64,000 nucleotides of DNA from an uncultured cyanobacterium (GTDB lineage: Bacteria; Cyanobacteriota; Cyanobacteriia; Cyanobacteriales; CAWCAG01). The first letter of the stretch is position 1. Each line of letters starts with the position of its first letter. The stretch is from positions 352,001 through 416,000 of the forward strand of contig CAWCAG010000001.1 of the NCBI GenBank assembly GCA_963793425.1. Reading direction: 5' to 3'. The position numbers and the translations under genes are program-made. The notes below the pieces were generated by a model. It was given only the letters and a program-made list of their open reading frames with translations, had not been told where the DNA came from and ran no database searches. Of the stretch, positions 30,582 through 40,469 are shown piece after piece.

Positions 30582-31169
30582 TTGATGTTAAATCCAATAA
30601 TTATCTTTTGCCCTATGGTTCGCCGCAGCTTTCTTAGTGCCATTCTTGCCAGTTTCTTTGTCTTCTGTAATTTCTTTGTCTTAACGCCTCCTGCCGAGGC
30701 TTTAGGGGGGAAACAACCACTTCTTAACGAACCTGCCCCAGAATTCACTTTACCGACAAATACAGGAGATGGAGAAATTTCCCTCTCTGACTATCGCGGC
30801 AAATGGGTTGTCCTTTATTTTTATCCTAAAGACTTTACCGCAGGCTGTACCTTAGAAGCGCGACGCTTTCAAGAAGATTTAGCAGAATATATTAAAAGGG
30901 ATACTCAAATTCTGGGGGTAAGTGCTGATGATATCGACTCCCATGCTGAATTTTGCGACTCTGAAGGGTTGAAATTCCCTCTTTTAGCAGATACAGATGG
31001 TTCAGTTAGTAAAGCTTATGGTTCTTGGATGGGTTTTGTATCCCTGCGTCATACTTACTTAATTGATCCTCAAGGTATTTTACAGCAAACCTATCTCGGA
31101 GTCAGACCGGTTATTCATAGCAAAGAAGTTTTAGCCCGCCTTGATGAATTGCGTGGAGAATCTTCTTGA
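30582..31169 (+). CDS. Peroxiredoxin Q/BCP (likely start ATG 30615)
   Basis: YFYPKDFTAGCT motif; N-terminal export-type leader. Confidence 0.9.
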   Translation: MMLNPIIIFCPMVRRSFLSAILASFFVFCNFFVLTPPAEALGGKQPLLNEPAPEFTLPTNTGDGEISLSDYRGKWVVLYFYPKDFTAGCTLEARRFQEDLAEYIKRDTQILGVSADDIDSHAEFCDSEGLKFPLLADTDGSVSKAYGSWMGFVSLRHTYLIDPQGILQQTYLGVRPVIHSKEVLARLDELRGESS

Positions 31170-31229
31170 ATTAATGGGCAATGTTTCAGGAAATAGGATA
31201 ATCTATCGAGGTCTAATCTTAAGAAGTAT

Positions 31230-32630
31230 ATGAGTGCGTCAGAAAACTATCGCCTTGAGAAAGATTCTATGGGAGAACGCCAAATTCCCCAAGAAGCTTA
31301 TTATGGCATCCAAACTTTACGGGCTAAAGAAAATTTCCCGATTAGCGGTATTAAACCCTTACCTACCTACGTTGATGCTTGCGTACTAATTAAAAAAGCT
31401 ACGGCGATCGCTAACGGAGAGTTGAAGTGTATACCCGCTGATATTAGTCAAGCTATTGTCCAAGCGGCAGATGAAGTATTAAAAGGTCAGTTTCGGGAAC
31501 AGTTTATTGTTGATGTTTATCAAGCTGGTGCAGGTACTTCTCACCATATGAACATCAACGAAGTCTTGGCTAACCGTGCTTTGGAAATATTAGGGGAGGA
31601 GAAAGGGAATTACCAAAGAGTTAGCCCCAATGATCATGTTAATTATGGTCAGTCTACCAATGATGTTATTCCTACTGCTATTCGTATTGGTTCCCTATTA
31701 GCTTTGGAACATTCCCTCTATCCTGCCTTAGAAAGTGCGATCGCCACTTTAGAAGCTAAAGCTGAAGAGTTCCAAGAAATTGTCAAATCAGGCAGGACTC
31801 ATTTGCAAGATGCTGTACCAGTGCGTTTAGGGGAAGGATTCCGGGCCTGGTTTCATATTCTTAGGGATCATCAAAAACGCATCAAGCTTGCGGCGGAAGA
31901 TTTATTTATCTTAGGTTTAGGGGGAAGTGCTGCGGGGACAGGTATGAATACCCATCCTCAATATCGCTTTCGGGTAGCAGAAATCCTCACAGAATTAACC
32001 GCCCAACCCTTAAAAAGCGCACCTCATTTAATGGCTGCGATGCAAAGTATGGCTCCTTTTGTCAATGTTTCTGGTAGTTTACGCAACTTGGCTCAAGATT
32101 TGGTGAAAATTTCCCATGACTTACGCCTCATGGATTCTGGCCCTAACACTGGTTTTAAGGAAATTCAACTTCCTCCTGTACAACCAGGCTCTTCGATTAT
32201 GCCAGGTAAATACAATCCTGTCATGGCGGAGATGACTTCTATGGTTTGTTTCCAAGTTATGGGTTACGACACCGCTATTACTTTTGCTGCCCAGGCAGGA
32301 CAATTGGAGTTAAATGTGATGATGCCCCTCATTGCCTATGACTTAATCCACAGCATCGAAATTCTTGGCAACACCGTCGCTGCCTTAACTAAAAGCTGTT
32401 TGCAAGGTATAACAGCAAGGGGCGATCGCTGTAGCAATTATGCCGAAAGTAGTTTAGCTTTAGTGACGGCACTCAACCCTCACATTGGCTATCTCAACGC
32501 TGCTTCTGTGGCTAAGGAGTCATTAGAAACAGGTAAATCTTTAAGGCAAATAGTTTTAGCAAGGGAATTAATGACAGAAGCGCAATTAGCAGATGTTTTA
32601 GATTTAGAGGCAATGAGCAAGCTGAGATAA
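31230..32630 (+). CDS. aspA: Aspartate ammonia-lyase / class II fumarase family
   Basis: GRTHLQDA, GSSIMPGKYNP, QAGAGTS. Confidence 0.8.
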   Translation: MSASENYRLEKDSMGERQIPQEAYYGIQTLRAKENFPISGIKPLPTYVDACVLIKKATAIANGELKCIPADISQAIVQAADEVLKGQFREQFIVDVYQAGAGTSHHMNINEVLANRALEILGEEKGNYQRVSPNDHVNYGQSTNDVIPTAIRIGSLLALEHSLYPALESAIATLEAKAEEFQEIVKSGRTHLQDAVPVRLGEGFRAWFHILRDHQKRIKLAAEDLFILGLGGSAAGTGMNTHPQYRFRVAEILTELTAQPLKSAPHLMAAMQSMAPFVNVSGSLRNLAQDLVKISHDLRLMDSGPNTGFKEIQLPPVQPGSSIMPGKYNPVMAEMTSMVCFQVMGYDTAITFAAQAGQLELNVMMPLIAYDLIHSIEILGNTVAALTKSCLQGITARGDRCSNYAESSLALVTALNPHIGYLNAASVAKESLETGKSLRQIVLARELMTEAQLADVLDLEAMSKLR

Positions 32631-32818
32631 TTAAAGTTGAGTAACTTATACTTTGGCAAATTCTGGCTCTTTCTCAGTTGCTAATTATTCTATCTCCCTA
32701 ATTCCCTAGCTCCCTAGCAAAAAAAACTACACTCGTAAGAACGGGGAGATGGGGTGACTGGGTAATCTGATACCCTAAATAAGGGTCAACTCTCAAAACA
32801 GTTTGAAAAGCAACACAA

Positions 32819-33058
32819 ATGAGCAAAAACACTTTCGATAGCCAACTTGCTTTTGAAGAAAGAGCAGAAAAAATTGGTAAACAAGCCTTAAAGTTAGGCT
32901 TAATTCCTAGCTTTTCTATTCGCTATTTTCCTGATAGCTGGGAGTTTTATCTTCCGGAAAAAGGTCAAACTGAATCCACTGCTTTGACTCCAGAAGAAGC
33001 GTATCTTAAGTTGAAAAAAATGGTTGAACAGTCTGGGGCAGAATTAAGTAATAAGTAA
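32819..33058 (+). CDS. Small hypothetical protein
   Basis: 79-aa ATG ORF filling an otherwise empty interval. Confidence 0.6.
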   Translation: MSKNTFDSQLAFEERAEKIGKQALKLGLIPSFSIRYFPDSWEFYLPEKGQTESTALTPEEAYLKLKKMVEQSGAELSNK

Positions 33059-33103
33059 TTTCAGACTATTACTTATTGCCAGAGTACCTTTTGATTTTTT
33101 AAC

Positions 33104-33535
33104 TTGCTAGAGAACAGTATCAATATGGCTTTTCGATATACATATACTAGGTTAAACGTATCTGATTACCAAGCTTGCAAAGCTTTTTATCATGATGTGA
33201 TGGGCTGGGAAGTTATCTATAGTGATGATCAAGAAGAATATGCTGAATTCGCCACAGGGCAAACCAAGATAACTATTTTTAATCGCCAGAAATTAAAAGA
33301 ATTTCTTGGTAACGATGAGACGACAACCTACGATCCTCACTATGCTGGTGTTGCCCTGACTTTTGAGGTAAATAACTTAGATGAAACCATTAAACAACTC
33401 AAAGCCCAAGGGGTAAAACTTATTAACAATCCTTGGAATTATCCTGACAGAGGTTTTATTTCTGCCTGTTTTCGAGATCCTGATGGTAATTTAATTGAGT
33501 TGCAACAATCAATTTTTCAGCAACCTACGGCTTGA
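33104..33535 (+). CDS. VOC/glyoxalase family protein
   Basis: FYHDVMG; FRDPDGNLIEL. Confidence 0.9.
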   Translation: MLENSINMAFRYTYTRLNVSDYQACKAFYHDVMGWEVIYSDDQEEYAEFATGQTKITIFNRQKLKEFLGNDETTTYDPHYAGVALTFEVNNLDETIKQLKAQGVKLINNPWNYPDRGFISACFRDPDGNLIELQQSIFQQPTA

Positions 33536-33614
33536 GGGAGATGGGGAGGTTTGTTGTCAAACCAATAGCGAGTTTTTAAAAACCAAAGCAGGTTTTTATA
33601 ATAAAGGAGAAGCA

Positions 33615-34406
33615 TTAACCGCCTTCAATCGCCTCTTGAATTGCTAGGGGAACCCGGTTGAGGAAGTCGTAGCCTGTTTTTGCTTCTAGTTGATCAACGC
33701 TTACTTGATAATTTTCCCAGTCTGGGCTAGTGTTGACGCGGTTGGTAACATCAACAGCAATCACTCTGGTATTTTCTGAGATACCATTTAAGCCTGTTCC
33801 TGGTTCATCTAAGACAACGATTACTTTCCAAGTATAGGTGGGTACGGTTATTTGTTTGTCGGGGCCAATTTTTTCCCTCTCCCCATAAACTCCAGCGACA
33901 ATGTAAAGTTCTTTACCTTCTTCTACTAAGTCTCGACAGTATTCTTCTAACTCTCGCCATGCACCCCGATTGTTATTTGGGGTTTGGGGTATGATGTTGG
34001 TCATTAAAAAAGTGGCCGAGTTATCTTCTACGGTATCCCTTCTATCCGCAGAAGGGGTAAGATGACCACGATCATAGCCACTTCCCGGATAATCGCCTGC
34101 TCTGACCTGATACCATTCTGCTGGTAAGGTAGCATCAGGGCGAAAATCATTTTGCCTTTCTACATTACCTAACCAACTTTGGTTAAGCTGCCAAGCAACC
34201 CAATTAGGGGTTGCCCGTTCTTGGTTATAAGATAGGGCATATTGGGGCTTTTCCATTAAATAATTATTTGGCTCTAACCCGGCGTTACTAGGATTGCCTA
34301 ATAATAAGTGAGGACTGGTTGGTGTCTCGAAGTCTAAAAGAAAATCGCAGCCAGTTTGGAGGAAGATTAAAATAGTTGCGATCGCAATAGTTAGTTGTTT
34401 TGGCAC
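33615..34406 (-). CDS. DNA/RNA non-specific endonuclease (NucA-like), probable lipoprotein
   Basis: YDRGHL, TFLMTNIIPQ; LQTGC lipobox-like motif. Confidence 0.9.
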   Translation of the reverse strand: MPKQLTIAIATILIFLQTGCDFLLDFETPTSPHLLLGNPSNAGLEPNNYLMEKPQYALSYNQERATPNWVAWQLNQSWLGNVERQNDFRPDATLPAEWYQVRAGDYPGSGYDRGHLTPSADRRDTVEDNSATFLMTNIIPQTPNNNRGAWRELEEYCRDLVEEGKELYIVAGVYGEREKIGPDKQITVPTYTWKVIVVLDEPGTGLNGISENTRVIAVDVTNRVNTSPDWENYQVSVDQLEAKTGYDFLNRVPLAIQEAIEGG

Positions 34407-34471
34407 AATTTATAGTTTTGCTAATAGCTAATAGCTAACGGCTAATGGTGATTAGAATTTTAGGGTGGAAT

Positions 34472-35512
34472 TTAGGAAGCTAAAAACTTTGCTAATGCTT
34501 CTACTTTTAACCAAGCTTCACCGCTATCAAGGATATCATTGGCTAATTCAATGCCTTGTTGATAGTCTCCCCAAGGCACAGCATCGGCAACTTGTAAAGC
34601 TAAGGAAGTATTTAAGGCGACAACATCTTGTTGTGCCTTTGTACCTTTACCTTGCAAAACATTAGTGAGAATAGTCGTATTTTCTGCGATGTCACCGCCT
34701 TGTAAGGCTGTTGTGGGGGCGTAAGCTAAGCCTAGTTCTTTGGGGTTGATACTACTGATTTTTGTCTTTCCTTGGGCAACTAGGGCTAAATCCGTAGCCT
34801 CTGCTAATCCGGCTTCGTCTAATTTTTCCCTACCATGCAAAACAATGGCTTTGGGTATACCTAATTGGTTTAAGGCTTCTGCCATCGGAGTTAAAAATTG
34901 AGGATCAAAAACCCCAATTACTTGTCCTGTAGGGCTTAAGGGATTGACCAAAGGCCCAAGGAGGTTGAATACTGTTCTAACTTTGAGGGTACGACGCAAA
35001 GAAGCAACACTTTTCATGGCAGGATGCCAACCGGGGGCGAAAAGGAAGGTGATACCGACTTCTTGTAGGGCAGCTTGTACTTTTGCAGTAGGGGCAGTAA
35101 GATTAATGCCTAACGCTTCTAAGACATCAGCCGAACCAACTTTGCTAGAAGCGGAACGATTGCCATGTTTGGCTACCGCAACCCCAGCAGCAGCAGAAAC
35201 AAAGGCTACTGCTGTGGAAATATTAAAAGTTGATGCCCCGTCCCCTCCTGTACCGCAAGTATCGATGACAGGTTGGTTATGTTGGGGGGTTTCTTGTTGT
35301 AAAGATTGAGATTTTAAGACTTTAGCCATGCCCACGAGTTCCGCCGCAGATACACCTTTGGCTTGGAGGGCTACTAAAATTGCCCCAGAAAGGACAGGGG
35401 GGATTTTTTCTTGTAACCAACTTTCCATAAGGACAGAGGATTGGTCTTGAGAAAGAGATTCTTGATCTAATAATTGTTGTAGCAATTCAGACCAAATAAT
35501 ATCATTTATCAT
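34472..35512 (-). CDS. trpD: Anthranilate phosphoribosyltransferase
   Basis: [28 protein letters not shown]. Confidence 0.97.
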   Translation of the reverse strand: MINDIIWSELLQQLLDQESLSQDQSSVLMESWLQEKIPPVLSGAILVALQAKGVSAAELVGMAKVLKSQSLQQETPQHNQPVIDTCGTGGDGASTFNISTAVAFVSAAAGVAVAKHGNRSASSKVGSADVLEALGINLTAPTAKVQAALQEVGITFLFAPGWHPAMKSVASLRRTLKVRTVFNLLGPLVNPLSPTGQVIGVFDPQFLTPMAEALNQLGIPKAIVLHGREKLDEAGLAEATDLALVAQGKTKISSINPKELGLAYAPTTALQGGDIAENTTILTNVLQGKGTKAQQDVVALNTSLALQVADAVPWGDYQQGIELANDILDSGEAWLKVEALAKFLAS

Positions 35513-35604
35513 TTATCATTTATCATTAAACATTTATCATTTATCATTAAACATTAAACATTGAACATTTACCAAAAATAATCTAGACAACTAGCCACTA
35601 GCAA

Positions 35605-38361
35605 TTAGCTATTAACCTTTAACTTAATCTTTTCAGCATATAAACTCTGCAATCTTTCCAACTTCGCATTAGTTAAAAACAATAAATCTCCTTTACCTAA
35701 TAAATAAGCTGCTTCTTTTTGTTTGCCTCCTAAAATGATTTCTGAGTCGGCTTCGCTAGCGGTACGCAAAGCAATTCTGCCTGGTAAATTGGAACGGATA
35801 ATGGGGGTGACAACACTCGCTTCTGGGCGTTGGGTGGCAATGATTAAATGAATACCAGCCGCCCTTGCCATTGCCCCTAAACGCTTGATACTCTGTTCTA
35901 AGATTTTGCGCGTTTCTTTTTCTACCATGAAGTCTGCATATTCATCAAAGATGCAAATGATGGGAGGTTCTGGTTTTTTTTGCTGTTGTGCTAGGTGTTG
36001 GTTATAGGCAGTTAAGTTGGGGCAAGAGTTGAGTTCAAAAAGTTGGTAACGACGTTCCATTTCTACTACTAATTTTTCCATTAGTTCAATGGCGCGATCG
36101 CTATCTTTAACTACCGGGGAAAGTAGCCAGGGCATTTTTTCAAATTCCGGGAAAGTAACTCGTTTTGGATCTACTAAAGCAATTTTTAATTGGTTGGGGG
36201 GATGGCGATTTAAAAGACTGAGTAGTAATGCCCGCAAAAACTCACTTTTTCCGCTACCTGTTGTTCCTCCTACCAAGAAATGGCAAGTATTAGAGTCAGC
36301 TAAGTTGGCTTCTATTAATTGGTTATTTAAGTTGATACCAATAGCAATTTTTACTGGGGCGGTGGCGGGAAGAATTTCTGGTTGAATATAAGTTTCAAAG
36401 TTGGCAGTTTGGCGTTTGGGGCGGGGTAAATCAACGCTAACATAGCCAGCTTGCGGAGTGATTAAGGGAGGATTGTTGATGCCCAATTGTACTTGCAGGT
36501 CATCTGCTAATCTTAATAAGGAACTAACTTTAACTCCTAAGTTAGGTTTGATTTTAACTCTAATGAAAGCTGGCCCTAAAGCCGCCCCTAAGTATTCGAC
36601 GTTGAGTTTGAAAGATTGTAAAATTGCTACTAGTTGTTCACCAATTTTATCGGCTTCTTTGGTTGATTGTGGTTCGGTATTTGTGTTAGTTTCCTCAACT
36701 GGTTTTGCTGTAGTTGTTGGCTCATTTTTAGGAATTACTTGTGGGGCGATAATTGGCTCAGTTTGAGGTGTTGTTTGGGTTTCAGGAATATTAACTTCTA
36801 CAGTAGGTTGAGATTCTGTAATTGGTGTTTTTGCTTCAGTTAGATTAGTAGGAAGAGTTGATTCTTGTGTAGGAGCAACTTTGGGTTTAGTAATGGAATT
36901 AGCAGTAGTAGATTTTCCTTCAATTAAAGGAGGATTGGGGAAGAAAGTTCGACACTTTTGTTGTTGCGGACAAAGGGGACAAAGTAACTCTGGTTGAGAT
37001 GTGGCAGGCGGTGGATTTGGTTGAGATTGTTGCCAGTTTAACCACTGTTGTATTTGTTGGAGTTTTTCGGGAATAAGTTGATGAATGGTTGCTTCTAATT
37101 GTTCCCAGGTTAAAGTTAGTTCTTGCCAATCAGGTAAGACAGTATAAACTGCGGAATCTATAGGAACTCCCACCCTATTTTTGAGCATATAACCATAGAG
37201 GGCAACTTGTGCCAATTGAGCAGATTTATCCGGGCTATGGTAGGTTTTATAATCTACGACACAAAGCCGATGTTGAGAAAAGTCATAAACTAAACTATCA
37301 AATCTGCCTTTAATTAATTGTTCTTCACCGTTGCTTAAAAGAAATTTGTAATGAATATCTAATTCTTGGGCAATGAAAGTTTTACTAATAACTTCTTCGG
37401 CAGAGCAAAAGCTACGGTTAGTAACGAGTAATTCAGCCCAACGTGCAATTAAATTTTGTAATCCTTGCCAAATTGTATATAGAGGCTGTGCTTTAGCCGG
37501 ATCAACTCTAATAGCATTTTGTAAATAGGGAAAGAATGCTAATTCATATAATAATTCTTGCATTTTCTGCGCTACTTCTGTGGCGTTTAGTTGTTGGGGA
37601 GTAGCTATTAGTAGTTGTTGGAATTGAGTTTCTTTTTGAATGGAGTTAACAAAGCGATCAGATAGTTGATGAAATATTTTCCCGATGCCAGGAGATTTAT
37701 TAGGAGGTACGAACATCGTTTTCCCGCCGTACTTCTGACCGAGATAAAAAAGACGAGGACATTCAAAAGCTAAACAAACTTTAGTGACACTGAGGGGAGG
37801 AAGAGCTTTTTTGATAATATTCCTAAGAGTTGGTTTTAGCAAGTAATTATGTAATTGTGCTAAATAAACGACATCCATTTGAGCATAGTTTAATTGTGTC
37901 GCCGTTAAAGGACGCTTGCCCCAGTCACTCCCTTGAGGCTCTATATCGGCTGCGGGAAAGTTACATAATTCTGTAGCTAGGGTTTTAAGTTTTAAGTTAG
38001 TTACTCCTGGTAATAAGTGGCGATTACTTTTAGCTAATTTTAAAGTACAAGTAATATTCTTGGCTTTATTTTTGCCTAAAAATCTTAAATCGTAAGCCGC
38101 GTTATGAAAAACTTTTTCTATCTGCGGATTAACCATGATTTGGCTAATAAAATAGTTAATTAAATCCGGTGTTTGTAAAATATCTAAAACATAAGCCTTT
38201 TCTCCCGTAACATCTTTAGCATCAACTAAAGCTTGAATTAAAGAAAGTCGAGGGTTTTTAGTTCGCCAGTCAGCAACTTCTGTATCTAACCACAGCACTT
38301 TTGCTTGGGTTAGTTTATTCATCGTTTGCCAAATGGCTTGAGAGTCAGTTAAGTAAGGCAT
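35605..38361 (-). CDS. Fusion of a DEDDy 3'-5' exonuclease, a RecB/Cas4-like PD-(D/E)XK nuclease and an FtsK/SpoIIIE motor
   Basis: LDTE / HNAAYD / YAQMD; ECPR ... GRFD ... DYKT ... QVALY ... CPLCPQQQKC; GTTGSGKS, IFDEYAD, ATQRP. Confidence 0.9.
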   Translation of the reverse strand: MPYLTDSQAIWQTMNKLTQAKVLWLDTEVADWRTKNPRLSLIQALVDAKDVTGEKAYVLDILQTPDLINYFISQIMVNPQIEKVFHNAAYDLRFLGKNKAKNITCTLKLAKSNRHLLPGVTNLKLKTLATELCNFPAADIEPQGSDWGKRPLTATQLNYAQMDVVYLAQLHNYLLKPTLRNIIKKALPPLSVTKVCLAFECPRLFYLGQKYGGKTMFVPPNKSPGIGKIFHQLSDRFVNSIQKETQFQQLLIATPQQLNATEVAQKMQELLYELAFFPYLQNAIRVDPAKAQPLYTIWQGLQNLIARWAELLVTNRSFCSAEEVISKTFIAQELDIHYKFLLSNGEEQLIKGRFDSLVYDFSQHRLCVVDYKTYHSPDKSAQLAQVALYGYMLKNRVGVPIDSAVYTVLPDWQELTLTWEQLEATIHQLIPEKLQQIQQWLNWQQSQPNPPPATSQPELLCPLCPQQQKCRTFFPNPPLIEGKSTTANSITKPKVAPTQESTLPTNLTEAKTPITESQPTVEVNIPETQTTPQTEPIIAPQVIPKNEPTTTAKPVEETNTNTEPQSTKEADKIGEQLVAILQSFKLNVEYLGAALGPAFIRVKIKPNLGVKVSSLLRLADDLQVQLGINNPPLITPQAGYVSVDLPRPKRQTANFETYIQPEILPATAPVKIAIGINLNNQLIEANLADSNTCHFLVGGTTGSGKSEFLRALLLSLLNRHPPNQLKIALVDPKRVTFPEFEKMPWLLSPVVKDSDRAIELMEKLVVEMERRYQLFELNSCPNLTAYNQHLAQQQKKPEPPIICIFDEYADFMVEKETRKILEQSIKRLGAMARAAGIHLIIATQRPEASVVTPIIRSNLPGRIALRTASEADSEIILGGKQKEAAYLLGKGDLLFLTNAKLERLQSLYAEKIKLKVNS

Positions 38362-38370
38362 TACTTTTAT

Positions 38371-40440
38371 TTATCTTTGAGGAACCCAACAAATTAGTAG
38401 TGCTTCCGGCTTTGCACTAGGGTCAAGAATTTTAAGCTTCTGTTCTTGACAAAGTTCTTCGATAGCTATTTCTAATTCATCAAGACTCGCTTCGGGAAAC
38501 TGGACGTTAGCATTCTCAAGTAAGGTGGGTTTACCCATAAGTTGTTGGCTCATCATTAAGTTCAAGAAAATCTCTTTGATTCTGTCAGATGGCGGTGTTG
38601 TCACTACAACTTTTTCTAAAAGTCTTTGCAACAACTGACAATTTTCCAAAACTTTCGTTTGTGTAACTAAATTTTCTAATTCTATTAAATCAGGAGTTTC
38701 ATCACCAACAACTAATTCTCCTGAACGAGCAGCATTAACCAAACTATGATAAGTTGCCAGATAGCAAACAGATTCTTGATTAGGTTTGTGATGTTGGTGA
38801 TGGGAATCAATGAAAATCTGTTTATAGAGTTGATAACCTTTATTATTTGCTGTTCCCAACTTGTTGTCGCGAATTAAAAAGAGAGATTGGCATTGTTTGT
38901 CTTTGAGAGCTTTTTTACAAGCCTTCATCAAATAAGAAAAGCTTGATAAGTTAGCATCTTCGCTCCAAACTACTCCTATTTCAATGCCATTCTCTTTAGC
39001 AAATTTAAAAGAATAACTACTGTACTTTCCCGTTAAAAGCTTTGTTTCAATGTTAGTAACCTGCGAAGCAGCTAAAGCTTCTTGTAGCATTTTGACTAGC
39101 TCTGGCGAGGAGAATTGCGATACCTTAGTTACTTGCTTTTGAATTTTATTAAATTCTTTTTGCCAAATTAGCTTAAATAAAGCGAGATGTTTATCCTTCT
39201 CGTTGCTAGAGTTACTATCACCCCTAACTTGCTTATCTTTGCCAACCTTGTTGTTCTTAGCAACTTGGTTATCATCACTAACCTGATTGCCACTACCAAT
39301 TAAATCGTTACTACCAATTAATTTCTCTTTCAGTTCATTTTTATAATTTTGATATAACTGACTTCCCAACTTCAAAGCCAAACGAGGATTCGTTTTACCA
39401 CGAAGATGTTTCTCTTCTAGTATTTTCCTGCTTAAAGGGAATAAGGGAGATTTAGGCGGAGAATCAAGTTGTTGATGCAGAGGGTAAAGTCGGCTGCACC
39501 AAAGTGCTTCGGCTTGGTCTAAATTAATTAGTTTGAGAGTTAATGTGGCTACAATTCTTGCTCGATCTGCTGCTTGAACATATTGGCTATGTTGCCGCCA
39601 GGTATCTTTAACCAAACTAATAATAATTAGAAAGTTTTTAAGATACTGATTATGAATAGTTGAATTAGCGCTGAATAAAGATTGTAAATCTATAAAACCG
39701 TCGCTACCAAGAGGAATATTATCTAAGTTGTCAAAGCAAAGAACTATCGGTTGGGTATCCTGAGCAATCCTACCAAAGTTATCAACAATTTTCTGGGCGG
39801 CTTCTTCATTATCGATACTATATTTAACCCCAATTCTTTTTTTATCTTCATCATCTAAATCATCTCCTTTCAACCAATCGCAACACAGAGGATATAACTC
39901 TGGTTGAGTCAGGTTGTAGAGAACAGTAAAAAACTCCTTAGACTTGTAAATACCAATAGGGTAAGCTGAGCGTAAATTATTAACAAAAAGTTGACGTTCC
40001 CCAAGCAACTTAGTAACAACTTTTTGTTCTTTCCCTTGCAATAAACCTTTTAACCAAAGTAAAAGTTGCGACTCTGCCTGATTTTCTGGTTTATACATCA
40101 AGCTATCAACTAAATAGCGCAATGTATGCCGCCAAATATAGTTGCCATCAGGCCAAGGGCCAATATAAGCAAAAAAAGCTTTAGTATTAAATCGCTTTTT
40201 AACTCTCCCTAATAAATAGCTTTTACCCGTGCCAGAATCCCCAATTAGAAGTAAACTGCGACTACGACCATCTTTACCTACTAAATCAAGGTATCTTTCT
40301 ATCTCAGTAATCAATTCTCGATGAATAGAATCAACAACTAACTCTTGCTTTTGTTCTTCTTTCCAAAAGTTACCTGGTGTTAAAGTTATGGCATCAAAAG
40401 GATTAGCTTCTTGGGCAATAAGCTGATCTATAGGAGTCAT
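38371..40440 (-). CDS. P-loop ATPase (RcaG-like by position)
   Basis: GDSGTGKS Walker A, VLCFDNLD Walker B; operonic spacing of 9 bp and 29 bp to neighbours. Confidence 0.85.
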   Translation of the reverse strand: MTPIDQLIAQEANPFDAITLTPGNFWKEEQKQELVVDSIHRELITEIERYLDLVGKDGRSRSLLLIGDSGTGKSYLLGRVKKRFNTKAFFAYIGPWPDGNYIWRHTLRYLVDSLMYKPENQAESQLLLWLKGLLQGKEQKVVTKLLGERQLFVNNLRSAYPIGIYKSKEFFTVLYNLTQPELYPLCCDWLKGDDLDDEDKKRIGVKYSIDNEEAAQKIVDNFGRIAQDTQPIVLCFDNLDNIPLGSDGFIDLQSLFSANSTIHNQYLKNFLIIISLVKDTWRQHSQYVQAADRARIVATLTLKLINLDQAEALWCSRLYPLHQQLDSPPKSPLFPLSRKILEEKHLRGKTNPRLALKLGSQLYQNYKNELKEKLIGSNDLIGSGNQVSDDNQVAKNNKVGKDKQVRGDSNSSNEKDKHLALFKLIWQKEFNKIQKQVTKVSQFSSPELVKMLQEALAASQVTNIETKLLTGKYSSYSFKFAKENGIEIGVVWSEDANLSSFSYLMKACKKALKDKQCQSLFLIRDNKLGTANNKGYQLYKQIFIDSHHQHHKPNQESVCYLATYHSLVNAARSGELVVGDETPDLIELENLVTQTKVLENCQLLQRLLEKVVVTTPPSDRIKEIFLNLMMSQQLMGKPTLLENANVQFPEASLDELEIAIEELCQEQKLKILDPSAKPEALLICWVPQR

Positions 40441-40469
40441 AGGAAGAAAAAAATTAGTTTACTGGAAAT

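Noticed and set aside
35605..36660. Cell-division FtsK
   Set aside because: No N-terminal TM segments or C-terminal gamma domain; fused to nucleases.
36940..37800. cas4 gene of a CRISPR-Cas locus
   Set aside because: The Cas4-like domain is fused inside the FtsK protein; no cas1/cas2 or array is present.
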